Source: Octopus bimaculoides (lineage: Eukaryota). From it: a DNA stretch of 64,000 bases. Made by a program: the position numbers and the translations under genes. Under the pieces are notes generated by a model. That model made no database searches, had not been told where the DNA came from, and was given only the letters and a program-made list of their open reading frames with translations. Where the stretch lies: assembly GCF_001194135.2 (NCBI RefSeq), contig NC_069009.1:953450-1017449 (forward strand), in the 5' to 3' direction. Shown here in pieces: positions 38,124 through 52,154 of this stretch (position 1 is its first letter; each line of letters starts with the position of its first letter).

Positions 38124-40649
38124 ATGGAAATTCTAAAGTTCTTCTGTTTGTCTGCAATATTTTGTAAGTCTTTGTCGTTCTTTTTCTTTATAATTCACTC
38201 TTATTTCTTTATTGCCCACAAGGGGCTAAACATAGAGGGGACAAACAAGGACAGACAAAGGGATTAAGTTGATTAAATCGACCCCGGTGCGTAACTGGTA
38301 CTTATTTAATCGACCCCCGAAAGGATGAAAGGCAAAGTCGACCTTGGCAGAATTTGAACTCAGCCAATGAAATAGTCATGTAGTAACGCCTTACAGTCAT
38401 TTTCCTGAAAGTCACGAGGAAACAAATCCAACTCTTGTGAATTTTCCAAAACTATTCCTCACCCTCAGAATGAATTTTTCCTCTAAAAATTGAGATGTAA
38501 TCAATCTGTACCATCTAGGGCATATTTGTAGAAAATTTCTTTAAGAAAATATCCATTTTTCAGGCACTTGTGAGTAAGCAAAATCAAGTAGGGCACACTT
38601 GTGTAGGTATGCCACTTCACTTAGAAACAAGGAATGTATAGTGACAGGAAGGGTTTCTGGCTGTAGAAGAGAAAAGACAGTCTTTGTGACATGCAAGATG
38701 AAATGGTAAATGTTAAAACAATGGCAGACATCAGCATTGTGATACAATCGCCATTCTATTGTGATCATAACCGTATTGACTCGTAGCATAGTCTTGTCAG
38801 TTTATATATATTTTTTATTGTTAATACAAAAGATGTTCATGAAATACAAGATTCAATCTTCTTGTGTATTACAGGTGTAGAACATCTTCATCAGAAATTC
38901 AATATTTAGGCTTATGTTTCACATCAATGCAGATTCATGTTGCTGTGTTTCATTCTTCATCCATCTCACCAGGTGTGAGAGGGTGGATGTGGCCAGTTTG
39001 AACATAAAACAATAATATTTGGGCCACATATGGCTTGGTTAACCCTTTGGCAATAAAATTACTGTCTAATGTACTGTTCATTTATTCACATTGTTTTGAA
39101 TTCTATCATCTGAAAATCAAAAACTTTGTTTTCATCTTTTACAGGTTTGACAAGTGCAAAAGTTTATATCACCAAAAGTGGTAAATAGATTCACAAACCA
39201 TTTTTTCTCCTTTTAAACTAGACACTATCTTTTCAGTTCTGTCTTCTAATTCTTTCTCTTAACTCAGCTTTTTTAGTCACTGTTTTACTTTTTGGTTTCT
39301 TAAAATGTTTTTATTTTGACCATTGAGAAAGGCTAAAGAGCCAGAAATACACATTGGGGAAGCACTAGAGCAGGGGGTTTCAACCGGGGTCATACACCCA
39401 TGTCTGATAAAATCATGTCCCAGTAAACATAAATCTCATTAAATTAAAACTTGTTAGGCTAAATGTAATAAGATGTTTAACTTATTTTGATAATCTATTT
39501 TGCACATTTTACCTCTTAATTTCCATGACAAAAATATTAACCCTTTAGCATTCAAATTACTCAGTCAAATGTAATGCTTATTTATTCACAATGTTTTGAA
39601 TGAATCACACATTATCTCAGCTTTGAGATTTCAATGATGTGATGCTTTATTTCCAGAATGACATTGTAGGTTAGATGGGAGAGGTCAGATATGGCTAGTT
39701 TGAACATCAGACAAGTAGAGTATTTGGGTCTGATATCGTTAGTTTAAATGCTAAAGGGTTACATTTGGATGTGAGATGAAGGCATGGCTGTGATTAGGAA
39801 CTTTTATTTCCAAGCGTATAATTTAAGGTCCAGTCCCCCTGTATGGCACCTTGTTTAAGTGTCCTCCACTATAGCCCCAGGCCAACAAAAGCCTTGTGAG
39901 TGGATTAGGTAGATAGGAGCTAAAAGGAGCCCATTGTGTGATGTGTGTATATATGGGATATTATAGCCTTGTTTGGAAACAGATGGAGGTTAGTGACAGG
40001 AAGAGTATCCTACTGTTGAGAATGAAAACTCTTATCCACGAAACATGGAACAGTGGGCATCATAATGATGCTGATTTTCTGTCTTGATGAATTTTTAGTT
40101 GAATGAATTGACCCCAGTACTTATTCTACTGGTCTCTTTTGCTGAACCACTAAGTTACTGGGACATAGACACACCAACACTAGTTGGCAAGTGGTGGCGG
40201 AGAACAAACACACATATAAATAAACAACAGGCTTCTTTCAGTTTCCATCAACCAAATCCACACACAAGGTTTTGGCTCATCTGAGGCTGTAGTAGAAGAC
40301 ACTTTCCCAAGGTACTGTGTAGTGGGACTGAACCCAGAACCATGTGATTGGGAAGCAAATTTCTTATCTGATTTCTTTATTTCAGGAAATGTTGTGCTCA
40401 ATGGAAATGTCACTCTTATGATAACAATACCAAATATGAGACGACCAGTGGTTTGGAGGTGTCACAATTATAAATATGAATGTGACAGGACGTGTGCTAA
40501 CGGCACTAACTATAAAGTTACGCAGAGTGGAAATCATTCCACTCTGTGGATTCGAAATGTGACAAAGGAATGTTTGACTTGGAGATTCGACGATGACAAC
40601 CTTCAAGGTGGAACAATTCATTTGAAGATAAACAGTAAGGAAATGATTC

Positions 40650-40681
<32 letters not shown>

Positions 40682-41969
40682 TCCTTTATTGGCCATTGAG
40701 GGTTGAGACAGTGGAAAATATTTAGGATGGTACAGTGTAGGTTTTAGCATGTAAAAAGTCATAAAATAAATGAAAGGAAGTCAAAAAAAGTAAATTCCCC
40801 AATAGAGGTGTGTACCTCTCCAATTTACAGGTACACACTGAGAGAAGGCCCATTCACTCAAGCAATGCTCACCTATCAACAAACTGCTTGGAAGGCGGCA
40901 CTTCCCTCTCCACCCATACCTATAATGGTGATACTTAAAAAAGTTAAATTAAATTTTTTTAAGAATTGAACATACAAATTTCCCAATAAGTAAGTGGTCA
41001 TATTATTTATATCCTACATCAAACTACAGTACCTTTGATTTGGCTGCCATCATTGAAAGATTGAAAATACTTCTCAAATTTTATGCACTATCTTCTATAA
41101 GTATTTAATTTTGTTCACATTCTTTTTCATGATGCGTTTGGTGTAGACACCGATCAAGTCTACAGTCAAACACTTACAAAGCTCAATTCAGTTCAATTTA
41201 AAAGCATAGATAAGCTATGCATTGTAAGCCACACCATGATTTGCAAAATAATTTATCTTACGTTATGCTTCACCCCTGATATGCCTTTTTCTTTTACTCA
41301 TATTAAAATTGCTGCCTCTAGGGCAGCGGACTTGCGGTCATAGGATCGCGGTTTCGATTCTTCTGAAGAGGAACATATAATCTTTTAGATATAGTAATCT
41401 AGGATACTGATGTGTGTTGACCCTTTTGTTATTAGATTTTTGTTGAAATACACTGCCTTTGTTTCAATTAATCTTTAAATAAAGAATTTAGTAAAATAAC
41501 TTCATCACTTCTAAGTTGCTGTTTGGAACATAAATTACTATGAAATTTTGATGGAAGCTTTAAATTTAGATCATTTTAAACCTATTGTTACTTTATTTCT
41601 GTGGAAATACACTGGCTTTGTTTCAATTAATTTTGAAAATATAAAATAATTTAGTAAAATAATTTTGTCATCATTAAACTGGTTTTTCGAACATAAATTA
41701 ACAGGAAATTTTGATGGAAGGTTTCAATTTGGATCATTTAAAAAAAAAAGAGGGCTTTGCACCATCGAAACAAGGGCAGTCTTGAGCAAGTTGGAATGCA
41801 AAGGGTATATAAATGATATGTTTTATTGTTGATCTTTGTATGTGATACAACACCAATATCTGTGGCATATGATGATATCACACTGAAATCTTTTGCAGAT
41901 GGTGGAACCAGCAGCCTCAGAACCAGCTTCATCTTTGTCATTGGGATTATAATTGCTGTCATCATTTAA
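38124..41969 (+). CDS. Predicted GPI-anchored single Ig-like-domain glycoprotein, 131 aa; join(38124..38163,39145..39180,40386..40634,41899..41969)
   Basis: All introns GT-AG and phase 1; 396 nt in frame. Signal peptide MEILKFFCLSAIFCLTSA, Ig-like exon with 4 N-glycan sequons, C-terminal NNGGTSSLRTSFIFVIGIIIAVII*. All exons are conserved in the 52155-56260 paralog. Confidence 0.82.
39541..39758. mobile_element. piggyBac-type MITE (TTAA|CCCTTTAGCATT...AATGCTAAAGGG|TTAC)
   Basis: TIRs with CCCT termini and a TTAA site. Partial copy at 36230-36267; decayed copies in the ZNF 5' regions. Confidence 0.8.
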
Positions 41970-44126
41970 ACAGTTTAAGAAATACCAGTAATAATCTCAG
42001 GTGCTAGAAGGACACTTTTTGATATTTAATCTTTTATCTTTAATCAGTTTCAGTCATTTTGCTGAGGCCATGCTAGAGCATTGTCTTGAAGGGTTTTTAG
42101 TTGAACAAACTGAAACCTGGGCCTTTTTTTTTCTAAGCCTAGAACTTATTCCATTGGTCTCTTAGGCTAAACCACTTAGTGATGGGGACACAAACACACC
42201 ATCACCAATTGTTAAGCGGTGATGGGGGATAAATACAGACGCGCAACCAACGTCTTTCAGTTTCCATCTCTCAAATTCACTCAAAAGGTTTTGGTTGGCC
42301 CAAGGCTATAGTAGAAGACACTTGCCCAATGTGGGACTGAACCCGGAACCATGTGGTTGGGAAGCAAGCTTGATTTGTTCGCCTAAAGGCAGTGTTCCAG
42401 TATTGCCGCAGTCAAATGACTGAAACAAGTAACATATTTTTAATTTCATTTATGTCTCCCCTCTCTTTCAATAAAGTCTCTTTCTTTATCCGTAGTCTCT
42501 CATTTCTCTCTCTCTCTCTTTCTACACAAAAATGAAATGTATTAGTTACCCCATTGGCACCAAAACTTCCAAAGGGAAACTGTATTTTTTTTTTCCTCTA
42601 ATTCACTTGATACCATCTATTCTGCAATTTGGGATTAAAATATCCAGTGATGTAAAATATATATAGCAGCATCATGCAGGCATAGCGTGGATTTGAACCT
42701 CAATCGCCAAATTTCACTTAACAGTTCAACAGAAATTTTCTCATGGTAAAACAATAGTTTTTCTGTGAGTGACAGCAGTTACATTTGCCAGATGCTTTTT
42801 GCTAAGCAGAATATCATTGCCACTTGGCCCTTCTAACCTCTTCTATATAACTTAAAGTGAAAGTGACAAGACAATAGACTTCTCAAACTACTCACTGTTT
42901 GGATAACAGTATGCCTCTCTTTCTCGCTATATTGTGATAGTTATAAATACTAAAACACCGTAGGAAGAAAGGGAGTTGGCAAAAACGAGATGATGCAGAA
43001 GGCGACCACAGGCAGAATCCAGTTAGTGACAACCGTGTTTGGCTTAACAAATTGTAACAACCATGGAAGTAACCAACACGGAAGTTGTCTTGTCCCATAT
43101 TCTCCTCACCGCTGTTTCATTGACAAGAACAATAAAGGTATCTTTCTATCAACTTCCTACACTTACATTCATTCTATCTTCCACTGACCCCTTTTTTAGC
43201 ATCTAGTAGGAGGCTAACATAAAAACAGCAACAACATACAAAAAAAAAAAAAACTCTCTCTGTAGTTTATATATTATACACCTGCCCGTTGCGGTATGGC
43301 ATATCTTAAAGTAATGAGAAATAAATCTGGAGTCAACATTAACTTTGTCCACTGTTCTTCTTATTTCACATCTTACAACATGCCGTTACAATTACATTAA
43401 CCAGCCTGACTGACCTTCATACGGGTGACATGTAAAAGCACCCACTACACTCTCTGAGTGGTTAGTGTTAGGAAGGGCATCCAGCTGTAGAAACTCTGCC
43501 AAATCAGATTGGAGCCTGGTGTAGCCACCTTGTCCACCAGTCCTCAGTCAAATCGTCCAACCCATGCTAGCATCGAAAGCGGACATTAAACGACGATGAT
43601 GATGATGATGATGATTACAATTGGTGACCTTCGACTACAATGAATAATTATGTCATTACAGATATTTTGTTTTAGTATTATACTTGTTGCACACACAAAT
43701 ATTTCTTTAGAAGAATTTATTATTCTTCATGTCTTCTGCCCTGACTTTGTTACCACTAAGCTTTAGTATTGTCACTGACGGCTTCAGTGTGGTTGTTGAG
43801 TGTATTCGGGCTTGTGTTAGGAGACTTTTCAAAGATTTGGGCTGTCTCTTACTTTTTATAATTGTGTGCGTTTGGAGGGTTAAATTCATATATATATATA
43901 TGACCACTTTACTGAGTGTACTGGGTACATTTTATGTAGGCATGAAAGCAACAATGAAAGATCACTGGAATGCTTTGTCTCTCATATAAATGCTCGTGTG
44001 AGTAGTTAAGCTGTTTGTAATGAGCAAATTATCTGTCACATGTCACAATGATATGGCTTCTCTCTTGTATGAAAACATTTGAGACTAGTTAAAGTGCTAA
44101 TCTTGGAAAATGATTTACCACAGGTA

Positions 44127-45317
44127 TTACAGTGATATGACTTCTGTATGAAATTGTTTGTGCCTAGTCAACAGATTATTTTGAGAAAATGATTTACCAC
44201 AGATATCACAATGATATGGCTCCTCACCTGTATGTGTACGTTTGTGAACATTTAAGTTACCAACTCCAGAGAAGGATTTACCACAGATATCACAGTGATA
44301 TGGCTTCTCTCCTGTATGAATACGCTTGTGAGTAGTTACGTTACTAGTTTCAGAGAAGGATTTACCACAGATATCACAATGATATGGCTTCTCTCCTGTA
44401 TGAATGCGTTTGTGACGAATCAAGGTATTATTTTGAGAAAACGATTTACTACAGATATCACATTGATATGGCTTTTCTCCGGTATGACTGCGTTTGTGAA
44501 TAGTTACGTGACCATTTTCAGAGAATGATTTACCACAGATATCACAGTGATATGGCTTCTCTACTGTATGAACACGCTTGTGAGTAGTCACGGTACTAGC
44601 TTCAGAGAAGGATTTACCACAGATATCACAATGATACAGCTTCTCTTTGGTATGAACATACTTGTACTTAGTTAAGTTACCAGTTTCAGGGAAGGATTTA
44701 CCACAGAAAACACACTGATATGGCTTCTCTCCTGTATGAACACGCTTGTGCTTAGTTAAGTTACCAGTTTCAGAGAAAGATTTACCACAGATATTACAGT
44801 AATATGGCTTCTCTCCTGTATGAACACGCTTGTGCTTAGTTAAATTACCAGTTTCAGAGAAGGATTTACCACAGATATCACAATGATATGGATTCTCTCC
44901 TGTATGAATACGTTTGTGACTAGTTAAGATACTATGTCTAGAGAATGATTTACCACAGATATCACAATGATATGGCTTCTCTCCTGTGTGGATGCGTTTG
45001 TGATCAGTCAAGTGATAATTTCGAGAGAAGGATTTACCACAGATATCACAGTGATATGGCTTCACGCCTGAATGAATGTATTTGTGAACAGTTAAGTTGT
45101 GTCCATAAGAGAACGACTTACCACAGATATCACAATGATATGGCTTCTCTCCTGTGTGAACACGTTGGTGAATGACTAAGTCAGCTTTCCGAGAGAATAA
45201 TTTACCACAGGTATCACAATCATATGATATTTTGCCCTTTTCATTCTTTTCCTCATCAGGAAAATCCATTTCTTCAGACTCTTTTTTTATATTCATCTTC
45301 ACTCCAATATAATTCAT
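44127..45317 (-). CDS. Tandem C2H2 zinc-finger protein, 13 fingers (1 degenerate); ancestral ATG (45324) out of frame
   Basis: TGEKPY-linked fingers; the leader matches the 24732 gene except for a +1 in an A7 run. Confidence 0.85.
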   Translation of the reverse strand: MNYIGVKMNIKKESEEMDFPDEEKNEKGKISYDCDTCGKLFSRKADLVIHQRVHTGEKPYHCDICGKSFSYGHNLTVHKYIHSGVKPYHCDICGKSFSRNYHLTDHKRIHTGEKPYHCDICGKSFSRHSILTSHKRIHTGENPYHCDICGKSFSETGNLTKHKRVHTGEKPYYCNICGKSFSETGNLTKHKRVHTGEKPYQCVFCGKSFPETGNLTKYKYVHTKEKLYHCDICGKSFSEASTVTTHKRVHTVEKPYHCDICGKSFSENGHVTIHKRSHTGEKPYQCDICSKSFSQNNTLIRHKRIHTGEKPYHCDICGKSFSETSNVTTHKRIHTGEKPYHCDICGKSFSGVGNLNVHKRTHTGEEPYHCDICGKSFSQNNLLTRHKQFHTEVISL

Positions 45318-45395
45318 TTTCCATATTGTTCCTTTCTCTCGTCACAGTACACAAATGTTTTCCTTCCTTTTGTATATTGCTCTTAACAAATATTT

Positions 45396-45425
45396 CTACT
45401 GATCTATACGTGTTATGTATAACAT
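45396..45425 (-). promoter_or_regulatory. Shortened candidate uORF MLYITRIDQ*
   Basis: Same ATG; a deletion junction supplies a new stop. Confidence 0.4.
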
Positions 45426-48400
45426 CTTTGCTCAGTCTTTAAGATGTTCAATACTAATGATGTAGTTTATATAAAAATTCTGTGATGCAGATATCATCTG
45501 ACAATCTGAAACAAAAGAGAAACAACAGTGTCAAACGTACGAGATAATTACAAATTAGAGAGGTTAAAACCAAGGAAGTTTTACAACATTTTCATATAGA
45601 CATGACCATAAAGGTGCAGGCACGGTTGTGTGGTAAGAATTTTGCTTACCAACCACATGGTTCTGGGTTCAGTCCCAGAGTGGCCAATCAAAGCCTTGGG
45701 TGGAGGATTTGTTAGGTGGAAACTGAAAGAAGCCTGACATATACCAAATACCAAAATGTATTCTAGTCAAAATAAGCAAAACAGAAATTAAAATATGAGG
45801 TACCTTTCATTAAATCCAAATTCAATCGTTTAAACAGGAGTGCTCTCCCTTTGTTTACTTTCAATTTACAAAGAAGGCGCGTCATAAAAAGGCTTTTTTT
45901 CTAATTCCTTTTCTTCTAACAGTTTCTTTGAGGAGAAGAAAGACAAATATTGAATTTCTCAAACTAATTATTCAAACTACCCTAGAAAGAATTTAGGTAA
46001 ATGACTTAAGGTCATGATGAGGAATAACAGAAAATACCGTATCTATTTCATGAGCGTGACAATAATCCAACTCTACAAGACATGCAGAATTGTCAGTGCC
46101 AAAGCCTCCTGCAGCAGCTAAAAGGTTACTGAAAAATATCAGAAATCCTAGGGGTTTTATAAGCCACTTTAGATATTTCTAGAAGCGTCCAGAAATTAAA
46201 TTTCAGAACAATTTTGATGGAAAACTTGGATGGCTTCGGCTAATAACTTATTAAGGTTAACAATTATTAAACCAATGAAAAGAAACTTTTCGAATTGTCT
46301 TCGTCTAAATTTGTATTTTAGCACCAAAAGAAAATTTTCACAGAACAACTCCAGTTGATTTGAAAACATATCTGCTACAAAACTATTGTAGTACAAAATC
46401 TTGAATATCCTAAGATTTCTGATTATAAAAGGTTTGTACAAAGAGAAAACGAACTTCAAAAGAAGAATAAGCTGGAATTATTACTTTACTCACAATTTAA
46501 TCTCAATCGTTATCTTCGAAAGAGTCCTTTACCCTACAGTTTTGATTCAAAAGTAGAGATTCATCAAGGAAGTCTGCTAATTGCTGACAAGAAATGAAAG
46601 AACATCTGACATCAGAAATAACAGTGATCCTATGGTAATGGAGAATTTATAAAACATGCATTGGTTTGCTTTTCAAATACCGAAACGAAATTATAGTATT
46701 GTCCCAAAATTAATGGCAATTATATATTTATTTAAAGCAAAAATGAATTTCATTTCCATAATTAGTATATAAACTTATCTCAATCCGCTAAATTTGAAAT
46801 CGATAGTGTAGCGACGCAAGTCATAAATAAACTTTATTGGCAGCAAACATGACCATTACATCATAGAGTACTAAGAACCGTATTTCGTGAAAAATTTCTC
46901 TTTGAAGAAAGTTTAGAATTCTAATATGGGCAGAAATTTTAACCGACGGGGGAAAGACTTCCGCTCCCACCTTCTCTCCCAAATTTATTTATTTTGTAAT
47001 TTTTTTTGACAAAAATCCCCGTTTTCGGATACGGAGATTCCGGAAAATTGCCAAAACTGGGCATTTGTGAAATTTCCCCCTAATTTCTTCAATTTTGACT
47101 TTTTTCCCCAACACGAAGCCTAACCTTGAAACCGTAACCATAAGTATAGAAATGTTTTGAAATTTTTGTCCGAATCATGGTGTCCATATTTTTCCGCATA
47201 TTTAGANNNNNNNNNNNNNNNNNNNNNNNNNNNNNNNNNNNNNNNNNNNNNNNNNNNNNNNNNNNNNNNNNNNNNNNNNNNNNNNNNNNNNTTTTTTTTT
47301 TTTTTGTTTTTTTTCCAACATATTTTGTAAAGAAAAAAATTCTGAAAAAAGTTTTGTTTATGTGTAAATTCAAGAGATTTGGCTGCTATTTCTAGCATGT
47401 GTAAAGACACTGGTTAGAAATCACCTGCGCATGTGCAAATAATGATAATGTAAATAATCGTGTTAATACAATACGCGCCTTCCTTCCTCCGAAATTTTGC
47501 AGGAGGGACCCATCCCGAAAGGATGAAAGGCAAAGTCGACCTCGGTGGAATTTGAACTCAGGACTTAACGGCAGACGAAACACCGCTAAGCATTTCGCCC
47601 GGCGTGCTAACGATTCTACCTAAAATACTAGAGTACTTGAGCCCTCAATAATGTCGGGGTTTGTGTTGGAAAATTTGCACGATCGGAGTAATGAGGACAA
47701 TTGAAAACGCGGAAGTAACAGGTAAGGAAGAAAATTACATTTATCACATTTCTAAAGAGACATCAAAAGGGGGTTATTTTGGTAATTTTTCTGATTAACA
47801 CCCGCACGATTTTCACTAGGGTGTTAGGGTTAGGTAATCGTGCAGGTGTTAATCTGAAAAATACCGTTATATAAACGAAATTTTCTAATACAGGCGCAGG
47901 GGTAGCTATGGGGTAACAACTTTATTTCTCAACCACATGGTTCCGGGTTCAGTTCCACTGCATGAAATTTTGGTAAATTTTACCGAAATTTTCTATAAAT
48001 ATGCTTCGGATTGTGTAGATTCCAATGATATCGGATTTTACTGTGAATTGTTTTTTTCCTGAGGGTGAAGAGAGGAGTTTCGAAAAATTCACGAGACGAA
48101 TTTGTTTCCTCGTAACTTTCAGAAAAAAGGGTTATGTTTACAATATTGGCTGAGGTAACGACAATGGATCGCAACCCCCTTTGGGACATTTTTTTGGCAG
48201 ATTCGGAATCTCCGCACTCGATATAGTGGGTTCTCTTTTACTCTTTTACTTGTTTCATTCATTTGACTGCGGTCATGCTGGAGCACCGCCTTTAGTCGAG
48301 CAAATTGACCCCAGGACTTATTCTTTGGAAGCCTAGTACTTATTCTATCGGCTCTCTTTTGCCGAACCACTAAGTTACGGGGACGTAAACACACCACCAT

Positions 48401-49031
48401 CGGTTGTCCAGCGATGTTGGGGTGGGGTGGGGGGAACAAACACAGACATACAAACATATACACACACATATATACAATAATAGGATAAACTCTTATATGA
48501 GAATTTATCAAGTAGTTTTCGTGAAAAAAATTCATAGGGAAGAATCTATCGTCTTTCCCTAAATTATATTTATCTATTTATATATATATATATAAGGGCA
48601 TAACTATACAAGAATGCCTCACGTTAACTACCGTAAAAATACATTTTTACCGATGTTTATACACACACACATATATATATATACGACGGGCTTCTTTCAG
48701 TTTCCGTCTACCAAATTCACTCACAAGGCTTTGATCGGCCATCTCTTTACCCCTTCATATTTTTCTTTCCCTTTCACCTTCACCTCCCCATTCCTACTAT
48801 CAATTGACCTTGTCTGACCTCTAACCAGTACACTTTCCCTCTCTTCATCTTTCTATTATATCTCCCTGCTTTTCTTCCTCTCTTCGCTTTGCCCTTACAA
48901 ATGCATTCCCTACCTTTAGGTCACTTAAAAAAAACCCCTCCATTTAACAACACTGTACAAACTTTATACTTGGAATGACTAATTTGAAATACTTTTGGAA
49001 CTTACAAGCTATTGGAATCTTATATGGGTCC

Positions 49032-49176
49032 AGATGGACTATATGTAATCTGAACCTTTCCCCCCTTGTTTTATTTTTTTTTACGGAATCCCACGTTTTA
49101 GGCTGTGGAGATTCCGATTCTGAAAAAAAATTAATAAATAAGGGGAGAAAAGGTTCAGATTACATATAGTCCATCT
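49032..49176. mobile_element. MITE with ~28-bp TIR (AGATGGACTATATGTAATCTGAACCTTT)
   Basis: Both inverted arms visible; partial copy at 1276-1370. Confidence 0.75.
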
Positions 49177-50124
49177 CTGCCCTTATATGTATACCATTCT
49201 GCCTTAAAAAAATGGATCTACGGATGCAATATCCCCGCTTATCTCATGTCTATTTTCATTCCTCCACTTCACTCTCCATTTCTTATCTAGAATAACTATT
49301 GCTTAACCATTTTCTCACGCCGTCTCCGATGAAAGGATATATGAAACATCCTGGAAACAGCTGTAATATATATATANNNNNNNNNNNNNNNNNNNNNNNN
49401 NNNNNNNNNNNNNNNNNNNNNNNNNNNNNNNNNNNNNNNNNNNNNNNNNNNNNNNNNNNNNNNNNNNNNNNNNNNNNNNNNNNNNNNNNNNNNNNNNNNN
49501 NNNNNNNNNNNNNNNNNNNNNNNNNNNNNNNNNNNNNNNNNNNNNNNNNNNNNNNNNNNNNNNNNNNNNNNNNNNNNNNNNNNNNNNNNNNNNNNNNNNN
49601 NNNNNNNNNNNNNNNNNNNNNNNNNNNNNNNNNNNNNNNNNNNNNNNNNNNNNNNNNNNNNNNNNNNNNNNNNNNNNNNNNNNNNNNNNNNNNNNNNNNN
49701 NNNNNNNNNNNNNNNNNNNNNNNNNNNNNNNNNNNNNNNNNNNNNNNNNNNNNNNNNNNNNNNNNNNNNNNNNNNNNNNNNNNNNNNNNNNNNNNNNNNN
49801 NNNNNNNNNNNNNNNNNNNNNNNNNNNNNNNNNNNNNNNNNNNNNNNNNNNNNNNNNNNNNNNNNNNNNNNNNNNNNNNNNNNNNNNNNNNNNNNNNNNN
49901 NNNNNNNNNNNNNNNNNNNNNNNNNNNNNNNNNNNNNNNNNNNNNNNNNNNAGTCGTAAGTTACCTCATCATTTCGCATTTGTTGATTCCCTGAAGATGA
50001 ATATACGTGGAATTTCAGCAGCTCTTATTTCTTTGGAGGAGGACTCACATATATTTTGAAACATGTGTAGGAATTAAAGGAACTTTTATTTATATGCGTT
50101 TTGCTCCATTTATTGTTATTATTC

Positions 50125-50158
<34 letters not shown>

Positions 50159-50699
50159 TCTATACTGTAAAACTTAATTTAATTTTAATTTTTAATAATT
50201 TGAATTTGAGTTTTTACCTGTAAATTTAGATTTTTATCCCTAACCAGATGGCTGCATCTTCTAGGCACTAGTTTCAGGCTCAGAATTTCTGGAGCCACCA
50301 CCGACACTGGTTTACATTATTGTTCGATCCCCATATACTGCATTAATACTTCCTCACACTTTCCATTGTGTTGTTGTCTTTATTGAAATAATAATTTACT
50401 GAATACGCTCGTTTGTCACCTCCATTATAGCTTTGAAAAGATAGCTCTTAAAATCGAACTGCGCTCTTTAAAACTTGTACAAAGAATGAATACAAAGTAA
50501 AATTACTACCTCCTTTTATAGCAAGTTGATGCAGGTAGTTTATCCTGTCCCCCTCCAACTTTTACTTCATGCAGTTGAAAAAAAACACATTATTTATGGG
50601 TTGACTCAATATATATACACAAATTTGCATGCATATATATAAATATACACACACATTTGCATGTATATATATATAATGTGCATGCATATTATATATACA

Positions 50700-51235
50700 T
50701 CTCCGCTTGCAAAGACCTGTTGAGGCAAGTGAAATCGAACTCAACGACTGGCACCCATGCCAACGTCGTCTCCTTCATTGGACACGAAACTCGGCTTGCG
50801 AAGACCTGTTGGGGCAAGCGAAATCGTGATGGCACCTGTGCATCGCCTTCCTGGCACTTGTGCCGGTGGCGCATGTAAGGACATTCGAGCGAGACCGTTG
50901 CCAGTGCTGCTGGACTGGTTCTTGTGTGGGTGCTGCGTGAGATGCACCATTTTGAGCGTGGCCGTTGCCAGTGCCGCCTGACTGGCCTTCATTCCGGTGG
51001 CAAGTAAAAGCACCCACTACACTCTCGGAGTGGTTGGCGTTAGGAAGGGCATCCAGCTGTAGAAACTCTGCCAAATNNNNNNNNNNTCTCGGAGTGGTTG
51101 GCGTTAGGAAGGGCATCCAGCTGTAGAAACTCTGCCAAATCAGATTGGAGTCTGGTGTAGCCATCTGGTTCACCAGTCCTCAGTCAATTCGTCCAACCCA
51201 TGCTAGCACGGAAAGCGGACGTTAAACGATGATAA
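50700..51235 (+). mobile_element. Long copy of the (GAT)n-tailed interspersed repeat
   Basis: Homologous to 8231-8522; internal 10-N gap with a duplicated flank. Confidence 0.7.
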
Positions 51236-51505
51236 TGATACATACACATTTGCATGCATGCATATATATATATATATATATATATNNNNNNNNNNNNNNN
51301 NNNNNNNNNNNNNNNNNNNNNNNNNNNNNNNNNNNNNNNNNNNNNNNNNNNNNNNNNNNNNNNNNNNNNNNNNNNNNNNNNNNNNGTGTGCATATATATA
51401 TTTGTGTGTGTGTATATATACATATATATTTGTGTGTGTGTGTGTGTATCTAACGATTTTTGTATGTTATTTTAAGTGGCTTATAAACACCTTCCACGTT
51501 GCAAT

Positions 51506-51553
<48 letters not shown>

Positions 51554-52154
51554 CACAAACTCGTGATTTATTTTCCATGCACCGGATTAATAATGACAAA
51601 GTTATTTTAGTAATCTTTATTGAATTGTAGGCAGTATATTTTAACAGAAAAACGGAAATTTTATAACAAAAGAGTTAAAGTGATCAAAATTATAACCTTC
51701 CATCTCAAAGTTTTTTTAAATTTATATTCCAAATCTGAGCTTAATTATGGGAAAAGCTTTTTAACTAAATTCTTCGTTGTTTTTGAAAGTGGCAGAAATG
51801 CAGTGAATTATAATAGAAATCATCACCATCATTATCCACAGAAATTCTGACAAATATTTGTCCCTGCTTTTCTAAGTTAGACATATGTAAGTCAGAGCAG
51901 AGTTTTGGAAAATTGGATGTCAATTCGACGATGATGCTGACAGTATAAATAAAGTGGCAGTAATTTAAAGAGTAAAAGTTTATATCAAGGCTGGTGTACA
52001 TCAAAATAAGATTTAATAAATCTCTTATTTATTAAATTATAGGTGCAGGCAAGGGTGTGGTAAAATGCTTGCTTCCCACCCACATAGGACCAGATTAAAT
52101 ATCAAAAAGTGTCCTTCCAGCATCTGAGATTATTTCTGTTATTTCTTAAACTGT

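Noticed and set aside
36848-38167. Long ORFs in the track containing X runs
   Set aside because: Open only because N bases contain no stops. The exception is that 38124-38163 is a real exon in another frame.
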